Shown here: positions 9,733-20,613 of the stretch, in pieces
How the letters are laid out: each line of letters begins with the position of its first letter
Numbering within the stretch: position 1 is the stretch's first letter
Source of the DNA: an uncultured Pelagibacteraceae bacterium
GTDB taxonomy: Bacteria; Pseudomonadota; Alphaproteobacteria; Pelagibacterales; Pelagibacteraceae
NCBI GenBank assembly: GCA_902551455.1
Contig: CACDDC010000001.1
Location: 15,876 to 79,875, forward strand
Direction: 5' to 3'
Length of the DNA: 64,000 nucleotides
The notes under the pieces: generated by a model
The model's database searches: none
The model's input: the letters and a program-made list of their open reading frames with translations, nothing else
What the model was told of the DNA's origin: nothing
Position numbers and translations under genes: made by a program

Positions 9733-10911
9733 TTATTTATATTCTTTACAAACCTTTTTAATTATTTTTAATGCAAGATTAATTTCAGATTTTTTAACAT
9801 TAAGAGGAGGCAGTATTCTTACAACATTTTCTGCTGCTCTAATTGTAAGTAACTTATTATCTTCTAATTTTTTAATAAATTTAGTTTGATTATTATAAAG
9901 TTGTAAACCTACCAATAAACCATTTCCTCTAATTTCTTTGATTATCTTTGGATACCCTTGCTTTATTTTATTTAATTCCAAATGAAAATATTTTGATATT
10001 TTTCTTACATTTTTAAGAAATCCTCTTTTTAAAATTTGATCTAAAACAGCGTTTCCCACACTCATTGCTAATGGATTTCCTCCAAAAGTTGAGCCATGAC
10101 TACCTGGGCTCATTGATTTTGCAACTTTTTTTGTCATTAAAACTGCCCCTAATGGAAAACCTCCGCCTATCCCCTTGGCTATAGGAACAATATCTGGCTT
10201 TACTTTTGATCTTTCAAACGCAAAGAAATCTCCTGATCTACCTATTCCACATTGAACCTCATCTAAAATTAACAATATTTTTTTTTCATTACAAATTTTT
10301 CTTAAATACTTAAGACATTTGTTAGGTATAGACTTAATGCCTCCCTCACCCATTATAGTCTCCACCATTATTGCTGCAGTATTCTTTTTAATTTTACTTC
10401 TAATATTTGGAAATCTAGGTTTAGAGTCTTTAAAATCAATATGATCAAATCCTGGAACTTTAGGTCCAAATCCTTCAGTCATTTTTTTTGATCCACTAGC
10501 GAAAATTGCCGCAATAGTTCTTCCATGGAACGAACCTTTTATCGTAATAATTCTATTTTTATGTGGTTTGCCCTTGGAATAAAAATATCTTCTTGCAACT
10601 TTTATCGCTGCCTCGGTTGCTTCAGTTCCAGAATTTTGAAAAAATACATTGTCAGCAAAAGTTTTTTGCGAAAGTCTTTTAGCAAGCTTCTCTCCTTCAG
10701 GAATTATAAACGCATTTGACACATGCCAGACTTTAATAGCTTGTTTATTCATTGCTTTAATTAAATGTGGATTAGCGTGTCCTAAAGAATTAACTGCTAT
10801 TCCTTGAACAAAATCTAAATATTTTTTACCATTTACTGAATATAAAAAGCTACCTTTGCCTTTTTTAAAAGCAATTTTTCTTCTGTTATAATTTTTTGCT
10901 AGAGCTGACAT
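9733..10911 (-). CDS. argD: Acetylornithine aminotransferase
   Basis: NSGTEATEAAIK, SFHGRT, DEVQCGIGR, AKGIGGGFP, HGSTFGGNPLA. Confidence 0.95.
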   Translation of the reverse strand: MSALAKNYNRRKIAFKKGKGSFLYSVNGKKYLDFVQGIAVNSLGHANPHLIKAMNKQAIKVWHVSNAFIIPEGEKLAKRLSQKTFADNVFFQNSGTEATEAAIKVARRYFYSKGKPHKNRIITIKGSFHGRTIAAIFASGSKKMTEGFGPKVPGFDHIDFKDSKPRFPNIRSKIKKNTAAIMVETIMGEGGIKSIPNKCLKYLRKICNEKKILLILDEVQCGIGRSGDFFAFERSKVKPDIVPIAKGIGGGFPLGAVLMTKKVAKSMSPGSHGSTFGGNPLAMSVGNAVLDQILKRGFLKNVRKISKYFHLELNKIKQGYPKIIKEIRGNGLLVGLQLYNNQTKFIKKLEDNKLLTIRAAENVVRILPPLNVKKSEINLALKIIKKVCKEYK

Positions 10912-10917
10912 TTATTA

Positions 10918-11736
10918 TTAATTTTTTAAATTTTTCCAACCTTTTTTATAAGCTACTGTACAAGATGCAAATAAGATAATAGAAATTATTAAAAGATATA
11001 TTATTCCCGTTGTAATTGATCCATCAGATTTGCCAATAAATCCCATTCTTATCCCATCGATCATATACCAAAAAGGATTAAATTTACAAATCTCTTGTAA
11101 AGTTGGATTTAATACCTCAATACTAAAGAAAGATCCTGAAAGAAATGTGCAAGGCAAAAGAACAAAGTTACTCCATGCTGACATTGTATCAAATTTTGAA
11201 ACAGCACATCCAACTAAAAATCCGCCACAACCTAGAACAAAAGATCCTAAAAATAAAAAAATAAAAAAATATAAATAACTATAAATTTGTATATTTATAA
11301 AAAAAGAAAACCCTATGATGCACACAAATGCTATCAAAAAACTTCTAGTTACTGAGGCTAATACAATTGCCAAAACTACCTCAGTAGCTTCCAAAGGAGC
11401 TGCTATTACATCTGAATAAATTGTTTGCATCACTTGCCCCATAACTAGGCTTGAAGAACTGTGTGCAAAAGAAGCTTGGAGTACATTCATAGATATAAGT
11501 CCAGGAAGTAGAAAAGTCATAAAACTAACACCTAAAATATCAGGTCGATCATTTCCTATACTGATAGAAAATACAATATAGAATAGAGATATTGAGATTA
11601 AAGGTGTGAGCAAAGTTTGCTGACCTACTTGCAGAAATCTTAAAACTTCCTTAAAAAAAAGAGAACTGAGTCCTATCCAATTAACCAGTCCAAATCTTCT
11701 AACGCCTTTTTTGTATTTATTTTTTAATTCAACCAT
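10918..11736 (-). CDS. ABC-2 type transporter permease
   Basis: Multi-TM protein, FLLPGLISM, NPFWYMIDGIR; typical neighbour of gcrA. Confidence 0.85.
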   Translation of the reverse strand: MVELKNKYKKGVRRFGLVNWIGLSSLFFKEVLRFLQVGQQTLLTPLISISLFYIVFSISIGNDRPDILGVSFMTFLLPGLISMNVLQASFAHSSSSLVMGQVMQTIYSDVIAAPLEATEVVLAIVLASVTRSFLIAFVCIIGFSFFINIQIYSYLYFFIFLFLGSFVLGCGGFLVGCAVSKFDTMSAWSNFVLLPCTFLSGSFFSIEVLNPTLQEICKFNPFWYMIDGIRMGFIGKSDGSITTGIIYLLIISIILFASCTVAYKKGWKNLKN

Positions 11737-11812
11737 CAGTATTAATTAAACCTTTTCTAAAAAATTGTTAATAAACTAAAAAAACACCTTGTTTTATAAG
11801 ATTATTTATGAG

Positions 11813-11859
11813 CATCTATATTTAGTTGAAAAAATATTAAATACAACTAAATGTAGTAT
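11813..11859. promoter_or_regulatory. Pair of NrdR-box-like operators just upstream of gcrA
   Basis: catCtAtATtTaGttg (11813-11828) and caaCtAaATgTaGtat (11844-11859); both keep the conserved positions of acaCwAtATaTwGtgt and start 31 bp apart. Confidence 0.6.
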
Positions 11860-11862
11860 ATT

Positions 11863-12369
11863 ATGAGTAATTGGACCGAAGAAAAGGTTTTATTTCTAAA
11901 AAAAGTTTGGGGATCCGCTACGGCTCGAGAGATAGCAGAAAAAATGGGCCCAGGTTTTACGAGGAATAGTATTATTGGCAAGGCGAGTCGCCTGGGACTT
12001 TCAGCAAAAATTAAAAAGAGAGTTGTTTCTACAAACCAAAATCAAACAAATAATAATATCCCGACTAGAGGAAGAAAGAGAAGATTTCAGTCACTACTTT
12101 TAGACAAAAACTTTGAGCCTGCGCGCTTACTTACTTTAGAACAATTAGAAGCAGATACTTGTAAATATATGATACATGAAAATTCAAATAAAGAAGGGCA
12201 TCCTGATGTACCTGGATCATTTTTTTGTGGAAGAAAAACAGTCGACAAGTACTCTTATTGCTTACTCCATATGCACCTGGTATGGCAACCGCGGGGTAAA
12301 AAAGAAGAGGTTTCTGATAAGGAATTTGAAGTTCCAAAATTTATAGAAAAGAAAATTAAATCAGCTTAA
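11863..12369 (+). CDS. gcrA: GcrA cell-cycle regulator
   Basis: MSNWTEEKV...TRNSIIGKASRLGL; C-terminal C...FFCG...YCLLH. Confidence 0.92.
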   Translation: MSNWTEEKVLFLKKVWGSATAREIAEKMGPGFTRNSIIGKASRLGLSAKIKKRVVSTNQNQTNNNIPTRGRKRRFQSLLLDKNFEPARLLTLEQLEADTCKYMIHENSNKEGHPDVPGSFFCGRKTVDKYSYCLLHMHLVWQPRGKKEEVSDKEFEVPKFIEKKIKSA

Positions 12370-12614
12370 TTATTTATAACTTTTTCTTTCGCTTTTTCAA
12401 ATTCTTCTTTACTCAAAGCACCTTCATCATAAAGTTTTTTTAATTTTTCTATTTCATTCGATATATTTAAATTTTTTGCACTCTCTTCAGACTGCTCTAA
12501 ATCATCTGCTATTTTGTTTTTTGCCTCCATACCACGAGAGCCAGCTTTGAATGCTATATAAATAAGAAAAATAAAAATTAAAGTTATTAAGAAATAAATT
12601 AAATAAATTGTCAT
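12366..12614 (-). CDS. Small membrane protein with SHOCT domain
   Basis: N-terminal TM helix; EIEKLKKLYDEGALSKEEFEKAKEKVI. Confidence 0.85.
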   Translation of the reverse strand: MTIYLIYFLITLIFIFLIYIAFKAGSRGMEAKNKIADDLEQSEESAKNLNISNEIEKLKKLYDEGALSKEEFEKAKEKVINN

Positions 12615-12630
12615 TTTTTATCTTTTATGT

Positions 12631-13584
12631 TTAATCAATTTTTTTTTTGGAATATTCTCCAAATTCTTTCCACATATAACAATATTTTTGAACCTCATCT
12701 TCAAACTTCAGTTTACATTCATAATTTATATCTACATTGGATTTATATTTTCCTGATAAAATTGAGTCATATTTTAATAGTCTTAATTGGTCATTTGTTA
12801 TTAAAGGACTTGGAAGCAATTCAAATAAAGAAGCTGTGATTTTAGCAGCTAGTATAGGCATAGGAACAATTAATCTATTTTTTTCAATTAATTTCATCAA
12901 AATTAAAATTATTTCCTTAAACGTTATTATTTCAGGACCAGTGCATTCAATTATTTCTGAATATATTTTGTCATCTATTATTTTTAATATTATTTCAGTT
13001 AAATCTGAACAATGTATTGGGCTAAATTTTGTTCTACCATTATAGTAAACAGGAAAAAATGGGAGACGTCCTATTAAAGTCATAAGGTTGCAAGAAAAAT
13101 TATCTCCTTGTGAAAAAATTACCGAAGGTCTTAAAATTGTAGCTTTTTTAAAATTTTTTATTATTTCTTTTTCACCTTCCATTTTGCTCTTAGCATAAGA
13201 ACTATCATGTGCATCCTCTATTCCAAGAGCTGAGATATGAATTAATTGGTTTAAATTGTTTTCCTCACATATTTTTGAAACAATTGAAGGAAAGTTTACA
13301 TGAATATTTTTAAAAGTATTATTTTTTTTTTCAAATAGGATGCCAACAAGGTTAATGCATATATCTTTATTTTTAATTAGATTATTTAAATTTTCTTCAT
13401 TAAATATATTGCTTTCTACCACGTCTATATATCCTGCGTTACCACTTGTGCGTAAAATATAGCCTTTTTTATGTAAATTTCTTGTAACTGCTGTAACTCT
13501 ATGATTATTTTTTGTTAGTTTTCGGATAAGATTTTTTCCTACTTGGCCAGTACTACCAAACACTAGAATATTTTTTCCTTTCAT
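12631..13584 (-). CDS. Complex I NDUFA9-family SDR / NAD-dependent epimerase
   Basis: VFGSTGQVG, INLVGILFE, YAKSKMEGE, ILRPSVIF. Confidence 0.88.
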   Translation of the reverse strand: MKGKNILVFGSTGQVGKNLIRKLTKNNHRVTAVTRNLHKKGYILRTSGNAGYIDVVESNIFNEENLNNLIKNKDICINLVGILFEKKNNTFKNIHVNFPSIVSKICEENNLNQLIHISALGIEDAHDSSYAKSKMEGEKEIIKNFKKATILRPSVIFSQGDNFSCNLMTLIGRLPFFPVYYNGRTKFSPIHCSDLTEIILKIIDDKIYSEIIECTGPEIITFKEIILILMKLIEKNRLIVPMPILAAKITASLFELLPSPLITNDQLRLLKYDSILSGKYKSNVDINYECKLKFEDEVQKYCYMWKEFGEYSKKKID

Positions 13585-13601
13585 ATATATATAATTATAA
13601 A

Positions 13602-14219
13602 ATGAGTTTAGATATTAAACTACACAAAAACGATCTACCAGAAAACTTAAACTTGGGACCAATTGTAGCTTCTGATGCTGAATTTACTGGCTTAACTCCT
13701 GGAAAAGATAAACTGTGTTTAATTCAATTGTGCTCTGCTGATTCAAAAATTGTACACATCGTTCAATTTGATAGGGATACTTATAAAGCACCAAATCTAA
13801 TAAATTTGTTAAAAGACAGTAATATTAAAAAAATATTTCATTACGCAAGAAAAGACCTTGAAATGATTAAATACTATCTAAAAATTGATGTACAAAATAT
13901 TGAATGTTCTAAACTCCAGTCACGTATAGGAAGAGGATATTCAGATCAACATTCTTATAAAACACTTGTTAAAGAATTTATTGGAATTGATATAAGTAAA
14001 CAAAAGCAAAGTTCTGATTGGGGTAAAAAAAATTTAGATCCAGAACAATTAAAATATTCTGCAACAGATGTAATACATTTATACAAAATTCACGAAGAGC
14101 TAAATAAAATTTTAATTAGAGAAAAAAGAATGGATCTCTATAAAGAGGCACTAAAGTATCTAAAAATTCGTGTTGATCTTGATTTAGCTTTAATCAATCA
14201 TGATGTATGGAGTCATTAA
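13602..14219 (+). CDS. rnd: Ribonuclease D-like 3'-5' exonuclease
   Basis: ASDAEFTGL, LCLIQL, KIFHYARKD, QSSDWG, YSATDV. Confidence 0.88.
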   Translation: MSLDIKLHKNDLPENLNLGPIVASDAEFTGLTPGKDKLCLIQLCSADSKIVHIVQFDRDTYKAPNLINLLKDSNIKKIFHYARKDLEMIKYYLKIDVQNIECSKLQSRIGRGYSDQHSYKTLVKEFIGIDISKQKQSSDWGKKNLDPEQLKYSATDVIHLYKIHEELNKILIREKRMDLYKEALKYLKIRVDLDLALINHDVWSH

Positions 14220-15194
14220 TTGAAAAAAATTAATTATAAAAAAACAGCTACAGATACTATTAATTTGCAAATACTAGCTTTGAGAAAATTAAAACACTCA
14301 ATTGGAAAATCTTTTAACCAAGCTGTAAGAACTATTGGTGAATGTAATTCTAAAATTATTTTAGTAGGTGTAGGAAAAAGTGGACACGTTGCATCACAAA
14401 TTGCCGCTTCATTATCATCTGTAGGTGCACCAAGTTTTGCTTTGTCTGCTTCTGATTGTTCTCACGGTGATCTTGGAAGTATATCGAGAAAAGATGTTCT
14501 TGTGCTTATTAGCAATTCTGGTGAAACTGATGAGCTTAAACCTATTGCTTCATATGCCAATAGAAATAAAATAACTTTAATTGGCATAACTGGCAAAAAA
14601 AATTCATTATTATATAAAGTTTCAGATATTAAACTCTTAATTCCAGAAGTAAAAGAATCTGGACCTGGAGGCATAGTTCCAAGTAGTTCAATAGTTGCGC
14701 AGGCAAGTCTTGGCAGTTCTTTAATAATTTCTGTTATGAAATTTAAAAAACATGGAATTATGTCATTCAAAAAATGGCACCCGGCCGGATCTCTTTCAAA
14801 AAAACTTTTAACAGTGGGCGATCTAATGATTACAGGTAATAAAATTCCATTTATAAAAGAAAATTTGATAATGAAAAAAGCATTAAAAATAATGTCAAAT
14901 AAAAATTTAGGAGTCTTGATTGTGCAAAATTCAAAAGGTAATTCTGTAGGAATCATAACTGATGGTGATTTAAAAAGAGTATCTAATAAAAATGAAAATA
15001 TTAAAAATCTTACTGCAAAAAAAATTATGAAATCTAATCCAATTAGTGTTGAAACAGATATGTTGGCAGCAAAAGCTTTATCAATTATGAATTCTAATAA
15101 AATAACCTGTTTGTGTGTTCATAGATCAAATAACAAAAAAAACACATGTGGATTAATTCATATTCATATGATTCTAGAGGCTAATTTAACTTAG
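14220..15194 (+). CDS. kdsD: Arabinose-5-phosphate isomerase KdsD/KpsF (SIS + CBS domains)
   Basis: GVGKSGHVA, SHGDLG, SNSGETDEL, HPAGSL, GIITDGDL; TTG start. Confidence 0.93.
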   Translation: MKKINYKKTATDTINLQILALRKLKHSIGKSFNQAVRTIGECNSKIILVGVGKSGHVASQIAASLSSVGAPSFALSASDCSHGDLGSISRKDVLVLISNSGETDELKPIASYANRNKITLIGITGKKNSLLYKVSDIKLLIPEVKESGPGGIVPSSSIVAQASLGSSLIISVMKFKKHGIMSFKKWHPAGSLSKKLLTVGDLMITGNKIPFIKENLIMKKALKIMSNKNLGVLIVQNSKGNSVGIITDGDLKRVSNKNENIKNLTAKKIMKSNPISVETDMLAAKALSIMNSNKITCLCVHRSNNKKNTCGLIHIHMILEANLT

Positions 15195-15199
15195 TTGGA

Positions 15200-15790
15200 A
15201 TGAATAAAAAGACTATTGTCCAATTAGTTTTAATATTGATTATAATATTTTCATCATTTTATTTTTATAATGAATACAGAAAATATAATAAAGAAATCTA
15301 TACTGAAAAATCTACAAAAGAAACAGAAGAAAAAATCGTCGAGTCTGATAATGAATTTAATCTATTGAAAAATATTAAATATATTTCAAAAGACTCATCA
15401 AATAATATTTACGAAATATATGCTGAGGAAGGAAAAATAGACTCTGACAAGCCAGATATAACTTTTATGAAAAATGTTAAAGCATATATTTTTTTTAGTG
15501 AAGAAGAAGTAATTGAGATAATTTCAAAATATGCTACTTATAATAGTTTGAATTATAATACTTTTTTTAGAGAAGATATTTCTGTAAACTATTTTTTACA
15601 TAATATAAAATGTGAAAAATTAGACATTTCATTTGACAATAATATAGCTTCTTTTTATGAAGATTTAGTCTACGAAAGTGAAGATGTAAAAATGAATGCA
15701 GATAAACTAGAAATAGATCTGATCTCAAAAAATTCAAAAATAACCATGTTTGATACAGAAAAAAAAATATCTATTATAAATAAAAATTAA
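15200..15790 (+). CDS. lptC: LPS export periplasmic protein, LptC-like
   Basis: N-terminal TM helix then beta-rich domain; lies between kdsD and lptB. Confidence 0.7.
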   Translation: MNKKTIVQLVLILIIIFSSFYFYNEYRKYNKEIYTEKSTKETEEKIVESDNEFNLLKNIKYISKDSSNNIYEIYAEEGKIDSDKPDITFMKNVKAYIFFSEEEVIEIISKYATYNSLNYNTFFREDISVNYFLHNIKCEKLDISFDNNIASFYEDLVYESEDVKMNADKLEIDLISKNSKITMFDTEKKISIINKN

Positions 15791-15792
15791 TT

Positions 15793-16572
15793 ATGGGAAT
15801 TGTTAAAAAGTTTAAGATCAAATCTTTTAAAAAATTAAACACTGTTATTCAATTAGATAAAGTTTCACTTTTTTATGGAAAAAGACAAGTATTAGAAAAT
15901 ATTAATTTAAAAATTAACCAATCAGAAATATTTGGTGTTCTGGGACCAAATGGGTCAGGAAAGACGACAATAATGAACCTTGTAGTTGGAATAGTTCGTC
16001 CTTCATCTGGAAGAATATTAATTAATGGTGAGGATGTTACCAGCATGCCAATTTATGAAAGAGTAAAAAGACATCGAATGACAGTAATTCCACAACGATC
16101 AGGTGTCTTCTGGGAGCTTACCTGTAAGGAATGTTTGTTGGCTATAGGTGAATTACATATACCTGATAAAAAAGAAAGAATTCAAATGGCTGAAACTTTA
16201 ATTTCCAAGTTTTCACTAGAGTCAGTTGAAAATCTAGAATGTAAACTAATGTCAGGTGGTCAGGTACGTAAAACTGCGATTGCTATGAGTCTTATGTCAA
16301 AGCCTGAAATTATTTTGCTTGATGAGCCATTTAGTGCATTAGATCCAAAATCTGTTGAAGACCTTCAAAATACCATAGCAAATTTACAACTAGAAGATTC
16401 ACGAAGAGCATTTATCATAACAGATCACGCATATCGTGAGCTGATTCAAATTTCTGATAAATTAGGACTTTTGGCTGACAAACATTTTGTTAAACAAGGT
16501 CCAGTGAGAGAAGTGATAGAGGACGAAGTCTCTAGAAAAGTATATTTTTCTAGTTCATTTACAAATAAATAA
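15793..16572 (+). CDS. lptB: LPS export ABC ATPase
   Basis: GPNGSGKTT, MSGGQ, LLDEPFSALDP, ITDH; operon context. Confidence 0.85.
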   Translation: MGIVKKFKIKSFKKLNTVIQLDKVSLFYGKRQVLENINLKINQSEIFGVLGPNGSGKTTIMNLVVGIVRPSSGRILINGEDVTSMPIYERVKRHRMTVIPQRSGVFWELTCKECLLAIGELHIPDKKERIQMAETLISKFSLESVENLECKLMSGGQVRKTAIAMSLMSKPEIILLDEPFSALDPKSVEDLQNTIANLQLEDSRRAFIITDHAYRELIQISDKLGLLADKHFVKQGPVREVIEDEVSRKVYFSSSFTNK

Positions 16573-16580
16573 TTAAATTC

Positions 16581-17918
16581 ATGAAAAACTATGTGGAAAT
16601 AAATCAAAAAATAAAAAAATTTAATAAAATAATCAGTATTCCAGGGGATAAATCGATTTCGATTCGATTTGTATTAATGGCAGCTATGGGTTTAGGAGTA
16701 TCCAGAGCTTATGGGTTACTTAGTAGCGATGATGTTAATGCATCACTAAAGGCCATTAGTAAACTTGGTATAAGAGTTTATAAAAAAAAAAAATATGTTG
16801 AAGTAATTGGCCAAGGTTTAAGAGGTTTTGCATTTAAAAACAAAACAGTAATAAATTGTCAAAACTCTGGAACTCTAATGAGACTAATTGGAGGTCTAGT
16901 TTGTAAATCAAAAAATTCTGTTGTTTTAAAAGGAGACCATAGTCTGTCACAACGACCTGTAAGAATTATAGAACCATTAAATCTTATGGGTGTGAATGTT
17001 AAATCAAAGAATAATAAATTACCAATTGAAATAATTGGAACAGATTATTTAAGACCTATTCAATATAAAGAAATTAATGGGTCTGCTCAAATAAAAACAT
17101 TATGTTGTCTTTGTGCATTAAATACTCCAAAAAATTCAATATCAAATATAATTGCTAAAAATAGTCGCGATCATACAGAAAAATTATTTAAATACCTTAA
17201 AATACCAATCAAAATAAAAAAAAAAGGAATTTATGATTTTATTGAAATTAAAGGAGGTTACCAACACAATGGATTCGTTCAGGAAATACCTGGAGATATC
17301 TCAAGTGCATCATTTTTTATTTGTTTAACTTTGCTATCAAAAAATTCAAGCATTATTATAAAAAATGTAAATGTAAATAAAACTAGGACAGGAATAATAG
17401 ATCTAGCTAAAAAAATTTGTCCCAATTCAATAAAAATAAAAAATAAAAAAATAAATAATGGAGAAGATGTTGCAGATATATATGTTAAAAGCTCAAAAAA
17501 ATTTAAAGCAATAACTCCAGACCCTTCAATCAATAGTAAAGTTATAGATGAGTTTCCATTGATTTTTCTACTAGTTTGTAAATCATCAAAAATATCTTAT
17601 TTTAGAGGCATAAGCGAACTTGCTCACAAAGAAAGCAATAGACTTAAAGTATGTGCAAATTTTTTAAAACAAATCGGTATAAAAGTTATTGAAAAAAAAG
17701 ATAGTTTAAAAATTTATGGCAATCCAAGTTTAAATATTAATAAAAATATAGTAGTTAGGAATTTTATGAAAGACCATAGAATATTTATGATGGCCTGTGT
17801 AGCTGGCCTTACATTTAAAGGTAGTGCAATTTTTAAAATAAATGACAGTGACTCGATCAAAACATCATTTCCATCATTTTTAAAGTTAATGAAAAAAATT
17901 GGAGCAAAAATAAAATGA
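16581..17918 (+). CDS. aroA: EPSP synthase
   Basis: PGDKSISIR, NSGTLMRL, SRDHTE, PGDISSA, KESNRL, DHRI. Confidence 0.95.
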   Translation: MKNYVEINQKIKKFNKIISIPGDKSISIRFVLMAAMGLGVSRAYGLLSSDDVNASLKAISKLGIRVYKKKKYVEVIGQGLRGFAFKNKTVINCQNSGTLMRLIGGLVCKSKNSVVLKGDHSLSQRPVRIIEPLNLMGVNVKSKNNKLPIEIIGTDYLRPIQYKEINGSAQIKTLCCLCALNTPKNSISNIIAKNSRDHTEKLFKYLKIPIKIKKKGIYDFIEIKGGYQHNGFVQEIPGDISSASFFICLTLLSKNSSIIIKNVNVNKTRTGIIDLAKKICPNSIKIKNKKINNGEDVADIYVKSSKKFKAITPDPSINSKVIDEFPLIFLLVCKSSKISYFRGISELAHKESNRLKVCANFLKQIGIKVIEKKDSLKIYGNPSLNINKNIVVRNFMKDHRIFMMACVAGLTFKGSAIFKINDSDSIKTSFPSFLKLMKKIGAKIK

Positions 17919-18571
17919 AAAAAAGAAATAATATTATAACTGTTGCTATCGACTCACCGGCGGCAGCCGGCGCAGGAACTCAAGCAAAACTAATTGCAAG
18001 ACATTATAATCTTTTTCACCTAGATACTGGTCGAATTTATAGAATTATTGGTAAGTTAAAAATAAAATATCCAAAAAAATTTAGCTATTCTTTAATTAAA
18101 AAAAAAATCAAAATTTTAAAAATTAAAGATTTAAATAATAAAAATTTATTGTCCGACAAAGTTGCGACTTCAGCATCAATTGTTGCGAAAGATAAAAAAA
18201 TTAGAAATATTGTGCATCGGTTTCAGCAAAAATGTGCTTATTCTCCTCCTACAAAATATGCTGGTTCTGTGCTTGATGGAAGAGACATTATTTCAGTGCA
18301 GGTCAGGGATGCAATGTTCAAATTTTTTATAACGGCTAGCCTTGAAACACGTGCTAAAAGAAGATTTAGGGAATATAAAAGCCTTAATAAAAAAATTTCT
18401 TTTAGAGAGGTTCTAAAAAGCCTTAAAAATAGGGACAAATCTGACCGCCAAAGAAAGCATGGTCCACTAAAAAAAACAAAAGATTCAATATTGATTAATA
18501 CAACTAAACTTAGTAGAAAACGATGCTTTGAAAAAATCAAAGCAATTATGGATAGGAAATTAAAAAGCTAA
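17915..18571 (+). CDS. cmk: Cytidylate kinase
   Basis: AIDSPAAAGAGT, LDTGRIYR, LDGRDI, RAKRR; aroA-cmk-rpsA order. Confidence 0.92.
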   Translation: MKKRNNIITVAIDSPAAAGAGTQAKLIARHYNLFHLDTGRIYRIIGKLKIKYPKKFSYSLIKKKIKILKIKDLNNKNLLSDKVATSASIVAKDKKIRNIVHRFQQKCAYSPPTKYAGSVLDGRDIISVQVRDAMFKFFITASLETRAKRRFREYKSLNKKISFREVLKSLKNRDKSDRQRKHGPLKKTKDSILINTTKLSRKRCFEKIKAIMDRKLKS

Positions 18572-20318
18572 TGGAAATTTATAAAGACTTAAATAATAAA
18601 GCTACAAAAGAATTTGAAACATTACTAAACACTCAATTATCAAAAACAAAGAAACTAGAAGAAGGAAAGATTTATGATGCAAAAGTCATTAAAATAGGTA
18701 GCAAATTTTTAACTCTAAGCATAGAGGGACTTAAGCAGGATCCCGTTTTAGATTTGTCAGAAATAAAAAGTTTAGGACTTGATGACAAAGTAAAAGAAGG
18801 TTCAATTATTCCTGTACTTTTAGAAAAAATAGAAGATAGATTTTTAAATTGCGTAGTAAGCGCAACTAAGGCCTCTAAATTAAGAGGATGGAATAAAATT
18901 GTAGAATTATATAATAAGAAAGAGCCTCTAATCGGAGCCATAAAGCAAAAAATTAAGGGAGGTTATATTGTATCTCATATAGAAAGTGGAATGCTTTGTT
19001 TTCTTCCAGGTTCACAATTGGATGTGCGACCATTAAAAGATGCTCAAGTTGCAAATTTAATGAATGTAGAGCAAAAATTTGCGATTTTGAAGTGTGACCT
19101 TGCAAGGGGCAATGTAGCCGTCTCAAGACGTGAAATACTTGAAAGTGGTAAACAAGAAAGTCGTGCAAAAATTTTATCTAAATATCCTGTTGGTACAATA
19201 ATAAAAGGATGTGTGGCAAAATCAATTTCAAAATTTGGTGTTTTTTTTGATGTTGCAGGAGAAATTGACGTATTGGTCCACCAGAGCGAGCTCAGTCATG
19301 CTCATGTGAATGATCCTGCAGAGCTAGTAAGCATAGGCGACACAATGGATCTTATGGTAATATCTCAAGACATGACTAAAGGCCAATTGGGTATGAGCTT
19401 GCGAAAAATGATGCCTGACCCTTACGAAAAAGTTTCTAATCTTGAATTAAATAAACCTTTGCCATTTAAGATAATGAAAATTAAAGAATATGGTTTTTTT
19501 GCGGAAGCCGTGGGAATTCCTGGTTTAGTTAGCCTCTGTCATCAATCAGAAGTTTCGCACACTCAAAAAAATCCAAATTTAAATAAACTTTTTAAAGTAG
19601 GACAAACTGTAATGTGCTCGATATTTGAGGTGTCTAAAGAAAAGAGACGTATACTTATCTCGTATAAAAGGTGCATCAAAAATCCGTACGATATGCTTCC
19701 CGAAGTGGGAAGTGTTGCTTCTGGTGTAATAAGCAATACAAATGAATATGCCTGCTTCATTACTTTAGATGGGTTAGATATTCAAACTTTTTGCCATTGT
19801 AATGACATCTCATTTTTTGGAAAACCTGAGGAAAATTTAAAAAAAATGAAAAAAGGTGACAAAGTTAAGGTAAAAATTCTCTCAATTGATAAAAATCAAC
19901 AAAAGGTAAGAACAGGAATTCGGCAAGCAAACGAAGAGGACCCGTTCGAATTCTTTAAAAAAAGAAATTTGGGGGTGAAGTCGATTGTAACAGTCAAAGT
20001 AATTAAATCTGATAATAAATTTCTCTACGTTAAAATAATTGGATGTGAAGGTCTCGAATTCTCTATTAAAAAAAACAGAAAATTTCTTTAGATCCAGAGT
20101 CCCAAAGGCCTCAACGTTTTACAGGAAATGAGGAAATTGATTGTGCTATAGAAGAATTAAATTTCGAGACTCGAAAATGTCAACTTTCAATCAAACTTTT
20201 AGAAGAAATTCAAAAAGCTGAAGCTTTGGAGAAGTATGGAGAAAAAGGTTTATTAAGTGGAAAGAACTTACCTTTCAGTTTACTTGATAAAAAATTAGAA
20301 AAAAATAAAAAAAAATAA
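18571..20318 (+). CDS. rpsA: 30S ribosomal protein S1, apparent frameshift at about 20068-20082
   Basis: S1 repeats (FLPGSQLD); ORF stops at 20091 but another frame continues ISLDPESQRPQRF...LSIKLLEEIQKAEALEKYG to TAA 20316-20318. Confidence 0.9.
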
Positions 20319-20324
20319 ATAAAG

Positions 20325-20613
20325 TTGGGACTAGTAAAATCAGATTTATTAAAACAATTCAGAGATAATTGGCCTAATTTCCAAAAAAAAACACCTAAAT
20401 AAAATATTTGAAATTTTTGTAGAGGAAATAAAAAACTCTTTAAAAAGAGGAGAAGCAGTTGAAATCCGTTCACTTGGACGTTTCAGTGTCAAAGTCCAGA
20501 AAGAAAAAGTTGGAAGAAATCCACGAACTGGGGAAAAAATTATGGTGAAAAAAAAAAGAGTAATAAGATATAAAATGGCTAAAGAAATTTTTGACAAAAT
20601 AAATGAAAAGTAA
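20325..20613 (+). CDS. ihfB: Integration host factor beta / HU-family protein, frameshift in A9 run 20383-20391; absent from ORF track
   Basis: TTG-GLVKSDLLKQ...; removing one A gives ...KRGEAVEIRSLGRFSVKVQKEKVGRNPRTGEKI...; rpsA-ihfB-pyrF order. Confidence 0.85.
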
